DNA of 64,000 bases, taken from the NCBI GenBank assembly GCA_020137815.1, contig CM035352.1:8432001-8496000 (forward strand). The letters run 5' to 3'. The DNA is from Hormiphora californensis. Its lineage: Eukaryota > Animalia > Ctenophora. Under the pieces are notes generated by a model. It was given only the letters and a program-made list of their open reading frames with translations, was not told where the DNA came from and did not search any database. The position numbers and the translations under genes are program-made. Positions 56,069 to 64,000 of the stretch are shown here, piece after piece. The number at the start of each line of letters is the position of its first letter. Position 1 is the stretch's first letter.

Positions 56069-58618
56069 CTACTGTTCATTTTTCCTGGGGTTCTTCCTGC
56101 ATCCTTTAGGTCCCATAAGATGCTCCCTCCACCCATCCTCCCCATCCCGGACACTTTCCGTACACAAGGGACACAATGATTCCCCTCTCTTAGGTGCTGT
56201 TGAGCACGTGTGAGATCCCTTTTTAGGCCGTGCTAACTGACACTTTTTACACTGCTCAAACTTACCCTGAGCAGAGCACTCCGTTAACAGATGAGTGGTT
56301 ATCCCTGCAATCTCGACCACTTGACTGCAGTGCCCACACCTGCTCAACATGGGGCACGCCCTCCAGAAATGAACATCCAGTGTCTCAGGGGTGAATTCAT
56401 CGTTCTGTTCACTGCAAAACATGCAGGTTTGAAGGAGTTGCTCATCCGTAGGATCGTCTTCTTCTTGGATCGGGGGAGGAGGAGCAGCGGCAGGTGGTGG
56501 TGCTTTCTTTTTCTTCCCCTTTTTCATTTTCATATGCTCATTTCCAGGTTTCAGTTCTTCATCGATTTCAACATTAGCATTAGCAGCTAGCTCCCTCAAA
56601 CTGGCAAGTTCAGCCTTGAGTGCCGCTACCTGCTGAGCCTTCTTATCCTCTGCACTGGGTTCATTGGGTTTATTAACAGGTTTCCCATCTATCTCATCAA
56701 AAGATTCGAAGATCTTCTTCCAAATCAGCTGCTTCTTCCTCAACTGAGGTTCATCCTTTGGGAGATATCTCCTAACTGGATCCCCTACCTCCCGGTACAT
56801 GGCGATAGTGATCCTAATGGCCGTGTCACGGACATCCCTGGAGGTGTTAGACAGGGTGGGAGCAACAAACTTCATCACGGTGTCCTCCGAGTAACTGCCA
56901 TCTTCCGTAGCACCAATCTTCTCGACCATCTTCTCCAACAACATCAACCTACCAGTCAGGACCTTTGGGTTTTTCTCCTTGCAAACGGAGACAGAGAGGG
57001 ATGCCAGGGAAGATGATAGGGCTGGGATGTCGCTGAGATCCAAGAACAACCCTTCCACAGCCTCCCTAACTCTGGGATTCTCGCCAACTCTCTTCAGAAG
57101 AACGGGGAAGGTATGGTTTACAACATCAGTCATGTGACCCCGAGGAAGGGAAACATTCTTACCACCAAGGAGAGACTTCAACATCTCTACTGTCTGGGAG
57201 AGGTTATTGAAGACCGGATCCGTGAACGCCTGTTTGAACACCTGGACAAGACCCCGGGCGGAATAGGAGGGTGAGGAGGTGTCCAGGGTGTCCAGGACAC
57301 TTCCTATCTCAGTCAATCCCCGTTCCCGTAGGGCGAACTGTTTACAAAACAGACACGCAACAGTGGGGTGGGTGAACATTTCCACCGCTTGGGTCAGGTC
57401 GTGGGCTGCCTTCATACTTTGTTCGTCCGGTCCGTTTTGGTCTCCAGCTAGGACAGACTCCCCCTCACCACCTCCACCTCCACCTCCACCACCACCACCA
57501 CCAGAGTTATCATTCTGTTTAGCCAGGGTCGGGATCGGTCTATCACTACCTCGGGTTGGGACTCTGGGCTGTTCCACGGGTGAAGGAGGAGCCCTGATTG
57601 GGGGTGATGGTTGGGGAGGGGGTGGGGCTTGTTGGGCGGGTAGGGCTTGTTGTTGGGCGGGTGGAGGGGGTGCCTCCTGGTGACCCCCCATGGATGGCAA
57701 CTGGTGGGGTGGAGATCTCACCAGAACATTAGGCACATCATCTAACCTATCCTCCTGGAGAAGGTTCCTGATGTTCAACTGCTCAAAAACTACAACCCGA
57801 ATCTCATCAGCCTGGATCTTCTTGGCCTGTGCCACATCGTAATTCTCCTCCGCCACAGCAGCCTTTTTCTCCCGATCCAACCTCCCCAACTTTTCACCCA
57901 CTTGGTACAGATCGGATATTGCTTGTTTGAGCCGTTTCGCGAAGGAATACTTCTCTTCCTCAATAGCGAGGTGTTTCTTTCTCTCCAACTGTTGGATTAC
58001 CTTGGCAACCTCGGGGTCCTGATACATTCCGAATGTGATATCATCCACCAGCTGGGCACTGTTAGATTTGTTGATATTACCCAGGACCCCCGCATTGTCG
58101 GACACCACGGCACCCCCCGTTATATCTCGGTAGGATTGGGGACCATCCGATGGTAGGAAATCTCCAAGAACATTTACAGCCACAATCCCCACTTGGTTGA
58201 ATATGTTCAGGTTGTTAACGTGGTTCTTGTGGCACACTAATTTGATGAACACCCCCTCACAGTCAAGATGTACTGACTTCAGCTCCCGGGCTTTGAAGGA
58301 CGTCTTCTCGTTAGGTTCAAATGATATGTACCCAAGACGGTTGAATGTGGCGCTCTGGAAGCTTGGCGACGTGCCAGGTCTACAACTCCCGATAAACAGC
58401 TCCACCTTCCGTGTTACGAGGTACTGGTGGGAGAGTATCTGGAGCTTTCGTAGCCTGATGGCAGAGGGGAGTTGGACTACTATCTCCTGGGGATAGATAC
58501 AGAAACGTTCAGATCGCCATCCTTTAACGGAGGGGCCGTGGCTCTCAAGGGCGGAACTGGAGAAATCATCATCGGAGCCGGTGGCGTAGACGACGTTGAA
58601 TTTGATCTTCTGTGACAT
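56069..58618 (-). CDS. CEP104: Centrosomal protein 104, intronless CDS
   Basis: N-terminal jelly-roll domain (GWRSERFCIYPQEI, ARELKSVH), coiled coil, TOG-like region, C-terminal zinc fingers (CMFC..LDVHFWRACPML..C..C..HLLTEC). Confidence 0.93.
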   Translation of the reverse strand: MSQKIKFNVVYATGSDDDFSSSALESHGPSVKGWRSERFCIYPQEIVVQLPSAIRLRKLQILSHQYLVTRKVELFIGSCRPGTSPSFQSATFNRLGYISFEPNEKTSFKARELKSVHLDCEGVFIKLVCHKNHVNNLNIFNQVGIVAVNVLGDFLPSDGPQSYRDITGGAVVSDNAGVLGNINKSNSAQLVDDITFGMYQDPEVAKVIQQLERKKHLAIEEEKYSFAKRLKQAISDLYQVGEKLGRLDREKKAAVAEENYDVAQAKKIQADEIRVVVFEQLNIRNLLQEDRLDDVPNVLVRSPPHQLPSMGGHQEAPPPPAQQQALPAQQAPPPPQPSPPIRAPPSPVEQPRVPTRGSDRPIPTLAKQNDNSGGGGGGGGGGGGEGESVLAGDQNGPDEQSMKAAHDLTQAVEMFTHPTVACLFCKQFALRERGLTEIGSVLDTLDTSSPSYSARGLVQVFKQAFTDPVFNNLSQTVEMLKSLLGGKNVSLPRGHMTDVVNHTFPVLLKRVGENPRVREAVEGLFLDLSDIPALSSSLASLSVSVCKEKNPKVLTGRLMLLEKMVEKIGATEDGSYSEDTVMKFVAPTLSNTSRDVRDTAIRITIAMYREVGDPVRRYLPKDEPQLRKKQLIWKKIFESFDEIDGKPVNKPNEPSAEDKKAQQVAALKAELASLRELAANANVEIDEELKPGNEHMKMKKGKKKKAPPPAAAPPPPIQEEDDPTDEQLLQTCMFCSEQNDEFTPETLDVHFWRACPMLSRCGHCSQVVEIAGITTHLLTECSAQGKFEQCKKCQLARPKKGSHTCSTAPKRGESLCPLCTESVRDGEDGWREHLMGPKGCRKNPRKNEQ

Positions 58619-59447
58619 CTGTCATGTGTGGGGGATAGTCCCCGTTCTAAATAGGATAGGTAATATATAATATTGAGGGTGTTAAATAGGGGCCATTGGG
58701 GTGTGGCCGGTGAGGGTTAGGGAGAGGGATGGGGCGGTTAGGGGTTGGGGGAGGAGGGGGGGAGGGGGGGGGAAGGGGATAAATACTATGGAGTCCGCGA
58801 TAAAGGCAACAATTAAATAAACTCGAAATGGTTCAGCAAATAAATTCAATCTGTATACATATAAATTAGCGAAATACACGTAGCAATGTTCAAAACAAAG
58901 TAGAAGAATAAAAAGGGCGGCTAAAATATGAATCAAAACTCGGGCTAAAAAATAGTCGGAATGAAAATATAAGTAACATCTCGCTCCCTCTCTTTCTCTC
59001 TATCTCACTCCCTCTTTCTCTCTCTCTCTCTCACTCAGCAAATTACTACGTACATAACATGCATGTGTCTACTTCAGTGTATTAACTCTGAGGGAGCTGA
59101 TGAGCGTTCTGATCGTGTAATGGGCATGACTTAAGCAGCAACAGTTGTATAAGAGCGGGAAGAAGAGAGCTAGAGCTAAAAACATATAATACTCTCTCCC
59201 GTTAGCGACTCTGTAATACTATCCATGGTTACCATGGTAACCGAATTATTAGCGGGAGGAACATCTCAAAAGAGCGGCACATTCTCGCATGTTGTGATAT
59301 GTGTGTTGTGACGCGGGTGGGGAGCATGATTCACATACTGGTATGTTCTGCAGTTTCTTATAGCATATATTATTCAGCTTGATGTTATATTGTCAGTTCT
59401 CTCTACCCTCTTGATTCTGACTCTACTGGGGGACCCAACAACTACAA

Positions 59448-60777
59448 TTACTGTAATTTGAAGAGGTGAATGGACTGGGCGAATTCGTTGAAACTGATAA
59501 AACCATCATTGTCAAAGTCAACCTAAAGAAAGATATATATGTAGTGCGAGACTTCAACCTGACCTAATTGTATATTAGTTCGTTGTTCAGTTTGAGTATC
59601 TTTATTAAGAAAACCATACATGTACAATATATGGGCAATATATACAATATATGTACATATCATGTATATTGTATATAATGGGACATACCTTTCTCATAAG
59701 ATCGTCAAGCTCTTTGTCAGTGTAATTGACATGACAATAAAGCGCCATTGCACTCTGTAACTCCTGCTTGTTTATGCGTCTGTTGCCTGGGAACAATGAG
59801 GTGAATCAGTGTTGTTGTCCTGGGAACAATGAGGTGAGTCAGTGTTGTTGTCATGGTTTTTTTGAGTTTCTACTCTCCACCACTTCCTCAACAAGTCTCA
59901 TGGTGGTAATACTTGGTGATATCCGCTATTCAAGAAACATGGGTACTTATGTGTGGGGTAAGAAATGTATATATCAACCTCACAGTTCACACACACTATT
60001 AGACACATTAGTACACACACTATACTCGACAAGCAACATGAATTACACAATGTACGAGCAAAGTACACATAATAGAGAGAGTCTCTCTGAGAGACCCTTA
60101 ATATGTAATTTGTAAGAGACACCCTGCACGAGCCACCCTGCAGGCTGCATGAAAGACATCCAGTAACTGCACTGTGAATATTGTGTGCTTAACTCACTCA
60201 TGAACAGAAATTATACAACCACAATCTAATGACGTGGTCTATTCTACACTGAACATATATCCTTGTATGAAACTAATACCCCCCCCTGGAATTAGTATGC
60301 TACAAATGTGACTCATCCTTACCGTTTTTATCCATCACATCAAATATTTGTTTCAGCTGTCCCCTGTCCGCCCCTTTCTTTTGCAGTACGGCCATTAGCC
60401 CGAGCATTTCAGAGAAATCCAACTTTAGGTCACCATCTGTGTCAAACCTGGGGAGAGACAGAAGGGTTAAAAAAGTACCAAAATTCAATTAAGAATCAGA
60501 CAAAGGGGGTTGACGAAGGGGCGATGAGTCAGATGAAACTAAAAGGAAATGGGATCACATATCTCATCTCGAAATTCTAAACAGTTGCCATGGTAACCAA
60601 AACAAGATAATTCCGGATATTTTACCTTGTAAGCAGTGTTTTAATCTCTTCCCCAGTAGCCTCTACCCCGTACATCCTGAACGCAGCCCGCAAATCTTCA
60701 AACGACAACTTCCCATCACCGTTTTGATCAAAGGCCTTTAGAAGAGCAGCAACTCCCTCTCTCTGACGGTCAGACAT
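59448..60777 (-). CDS. Calmodulin-like four-EF-hand protein
   Basis: 4 exons (~60626-60777, 60322-60447, 59689-59786, 59448-59522); loops DQNGDGKLSFED, DTDGDLKLDFSE, DKNGNRRINKQE, DFDNDGFISFNE. Confidence 0.88.
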
Positions 60778-61255
60778 GGCTAATAGCTAAGAAACAGAAT
60801 AAAAAGTTAGAATATTTTGGAGACTTGCAAAGAGTACTGCAGCTGCTGCAGCAGGGGGCTCACAAAGTGCACCATCTCGACTCAGTTGCACGACTCAAAA
60901 CACACTCATTCGCTTTTTTCCCACGCTACGCGCGCGAGGAGAGGACCCCGCGCGAAGTGTCCTGTATTTAAGACATTCGGCGGGGCCCACTCCATCACGC
61001 GTGTAACTGATTTGTGTGACACGGTGTGGCAAACTGTGCGACAGGACTCTCGACAGGGCAGAGGTGAGAGGGCGGTTATCATAGGCAGAGGGCGGAGTAA
61101 CGGGGAAGGAGCTAGCTATACAGGACATTAAATGGTGGTCTGTGCTTCCTCTCTCTATCACACATTAGCTCTCTCTTTCTATCTGGGTCTCCCCTAACTG
61201 GCCAATGCGGAGTTGAGATGGAGAGAGCGGAGCGTTAGAGAAAGGAGAGAGAGAA

Positions 61256-61345
<90 letters not shown>

Positions 61346-61705
61346 GAGACAGATAGATTGTGAGAGAGAGATAGAGATGGAAATAAGGAGAGACTTTGGA
61401 ACAATGGAACATTGTACAATTTTGGGAGCGATTAAGATAGCGATCTAAGTCTCTCACTCACTGTCTCTCTGTCTCTCTATCCTTCACTGAATTTAGCTGC
61501 AGCAGATAGACACACCAGAAAAATACAAGCAGCATAACACAGAGCATATCAAATTTATAAAAAGAATAAGTTAATAGTTTCCATCCTTCTATCTGGGTCC
61601 TATCTTCTATAGTCCAGCCTCCCTCCTCTCCTTTTATTTCCTCTATACTCAACTCTCCATCCTCCTATCCTCTATAGTCCACTCTCCCTCCTCCCGTCAT
61701 ACCTT

Positions 61706-61879
61706 CTATACTCCAGTGGCAATGCCAGCAGCTTGGAGGGCATATGGTGTCAATCGTAGAACCACAACTAAACCGAAAAACTTGAGAACGGTATTTCTAA
61801 GTTCCTTTTCCTTTTTCTCTTTATTCTTTGGGTCTTCCCGTGCTGCGGGGCCACCGGGCATCATACCTCCACCAAACAT
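61706..61879 (-). CDS. TOMM5: Mitochondrial import receptor subunit TOM5 (57 aa; below the ORF-track cutoff)
   Basis: MFGGG...EDPKNKEKKEKELRNTVLKFFGLVVVLRLTPYAL resembles the TOM5 tail anchor (LR.TP motif); acceptor just before the ATG. Confidence 0.75.
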   Translation of the reverse strand: MFGGGMMPGGPAAREDPKNKEKKEKELRNTVLKFFGLVVVLRLTPYALQAAGIATGV

Positions 61880-62249
61880 GTTGCTAGGAAGAGTTAGTGG
61901 GGTCAGTGAGGGGTAGTAAAGGGGTGTGGGGGTAGTGGGGGTACTGGGTAGGAAAGGGGTGTGGTAGTAAGGGGTAGTTAAGGGGTGTGGTGGTCAGTAG
62001 GGGGTAGTAAAGGGGTGTGTGGTGGTATAGGGATTAGTGGTAAGTGGTAAGTAATATAATATTTTAAAAAGGGTCAGTGTGGCTACAATAGCAACTATAT
62101 TCAGTAGGGAATAGAATGTGTTTATTAGACGTGGATATGTTATAGTGCCGAGTGGTGTAGCATTGAGTATGTGATACACAGTAGTTGTACTGAGTGGGAA
62201 TAATACTGAGTGGGAGAGAGAGGGGGAGATAGATAGATAGAGAGATATG

Positions 62250-62356
<107 letters not shown>

Positions 62357-62675
62357 AGTGGGAATAATACTAAGTGGGGGACCACTGGACCGAGAAAGGG
62401 GGGGTTATCAAAGAGAACATGAACAGAGAAAAGGGAGGAGAAAAGGGAGATCGTTCCTCTTACTGTTCTCGAGAACACCAATGGTTGTGGGGACCGATAG
62501 AGCTCACGTGGGCGGTGGGGTTGCCGAAAGGGCGAGCATGAATGAGAGAGAGAGAGAGAGAGAGGAATCGCCAACGCGAGTCTAAAATCACTGCGTTTCA
62601 TGTGATATCAGGGAGCGTGCGAGGGAGGCTATTTAATAGTTGAGGAAATAAACAAACTGTGTTTATATCGGCGAA

Positions 62676-63198
62676 ATGTTTTTCAAATCCGTTCTTTGTC
62701 TCTGTGTTCTCTTTGTCCTTGTCGCTGCGGACTTTAAATGCACCCAGAAGTAAGTTACTAAGTTACTAAGTTACTAAGTTACTAAGTTACTAAGTTACTA
62801 AGTTACTAAGTTACTAAGTTACTAAGTTACTAGAAGTAAGTTACTAACTTGTCAGGCCAATGCTCTGACAGTTACTACCTTCTTTTTACAGCTCAAACTT
62901 CTTTTTACCTTTTACAAAGGGTATCATTTTCTAATAATTTGACAAATTGTGTCCACCACGCCCCATCACTAACCCACCCCACTATCCCAGGCTAACCTTC
63001 ACCAATGGCCAGTCCATCACCCAGCCAGATTGTACTGCTAGCAAGAAGAAGGAATGTACCAAAGCAGTTACCTCCTCGGGCGCTACCGTCTACGGGTGTT
63101 CGTCCTGCTCTACACTGGTAAACAGTGGGGCAATAAAGGAGACTGATGAGTGTTCACAGTGTAAAAAATCCAAGGACAATTGTAATGACAGTCTGTAA
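62676..63198 (+). CDS. Small secreted 8-Cys protein, Ly6/three-finger-like (93 aa)
   Basis: Exons 62676-62749 and 62991-63198. Signal peptide MFFKSVLCLCVLFVLVAA; mature part starts xxKC and ends C..C.....NCN. Confidence 0.75.
62752..62848. repeat. (AAGTTACT)n expansion from the splice donor
   Basis: Begins at GAA|GTAAGTTACT; the donor is repeated at ~62833. Confidence 0.9.
62849..62871 (+). mobile_element. 23-bp micro-element, copy 4
   Basis: TSD TTACTAAC/TTACTACC (7 of 8 identical). Confidence 0.85.
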
Positions 63199-63554
63199 AA
63201 TGTTAATAATGAGTCTCAGAGTCTGTAATGTATTATGTAGTAGCTTTTATCTGTAAACATTTTGCAATGCATTTTGACACTTATAAACGTGTTTTATCAT
63301 GATTCTATCGGTCTTCGAACAACAGAAATGATGGTACAAAAAATCAGTAATATCACTACAGTCGAACCCCGAATTACCGGGATGCTCCTATTTCCTATAT
63401 CGGTGGAAGTTTATCCTCCCGGTAAATCAGGGTTCCGGTGAGTCGGGGTCCGACTGTTTTAATATTTATGGACAATGGTAGGCTGTAGCCTGTATAAAGC
63501 GTTGCCTATGACGTGATCTACGACGTCTAAGACACAGTCTGCTAACATTGATTG

Positions 63555-64000
63555 CAGGAAACGACCGAACCGGGTTTTTTTCCACCGAACCGAACCGAAC
63601 CGAATTTGAAAAACTTTTTTACCGAACCGAACCGAACCGAATTTCGGTAACCGAACCGAACCGAACCATACAAAACTTTTTTTGTATAAATGTTTCTCTA
63701 AAAAGTCATGGAGAGAGAGATCAAGGTATTGAGAATCATTCTCTGAAATTTTGTTAAAAAATGTTTGAAAAATTTTCAAAGTCAATTTTATCGTCAATTT
63801 TCTATGTCAATTTTTGCGTACGAATCGTGTTTCGAATCGGCAATGCTATACGGGAATGGTATTGCTAATTAGCAGGATTAAACGAACCATGAATCGTGTC
63901 TCTCTAAATTTCCTAATTAGATTTGATGGGGGATCACGTATCAGCACAATCCATCTCGGACCCACTAATTACCAACATCACTCCCGTTTAGCATTGTCGA
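63555..64000. mobile_element. Second copy (opposite orientation, cut by the window edge) of the hAT-like element at 18337-20068
   Basis: Reverse complement of ~19585-20068. Confidence 0.92.

Overview
Eukaryotic, intron-containing, gene-dense animal DNA, most likely a ctenophore of the Pleurobrachia type. That assignment is inferred from the repeat families, the splice acceptors just upstream of start codons and the nested same-strand genes; it is not proven. The plus-strand cluster at 1-10.4 kb holds a frameshifted IKK/TBK1-like kinase, COX5A with a long N-terminal extension, PRPF38A and SLC25A11. A multi-exon TRPA1-like channel on the minus strand (13.7-28.8 kb) hosts a nested repetitive structural-protein gene and several MITEs. 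Next come a secreted sushi/CCP gene and a 3.3 kb foldback element. A long minus-strand cluster follows: DTD1 with a nested GPCR, CDK8, MCEE, CEP104, a calmodulin-like gene and TOMM5. The window ends with a small secreted Ly6/three-finger-like gene. Three observations stand out. (1) DTD1 has two duplicated, frame-incompatible exons, and a 20-nt intronic element between them is complementary to the 3' splice site of both, a candidate single-element RNA toggle for mutually exclusive splicing. (2) A 23-bp element occurs four times, each flanked by an 8-bp target-site duplication, with an empty site inside the window. (3) Many introns are built from tandem copies of their own exon/intron junctions, including an array of about 22 decoy donors and an array of 9 AG|GT recursive-type sites. 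Exon coordinates were read by eye and may be off by a few bases.
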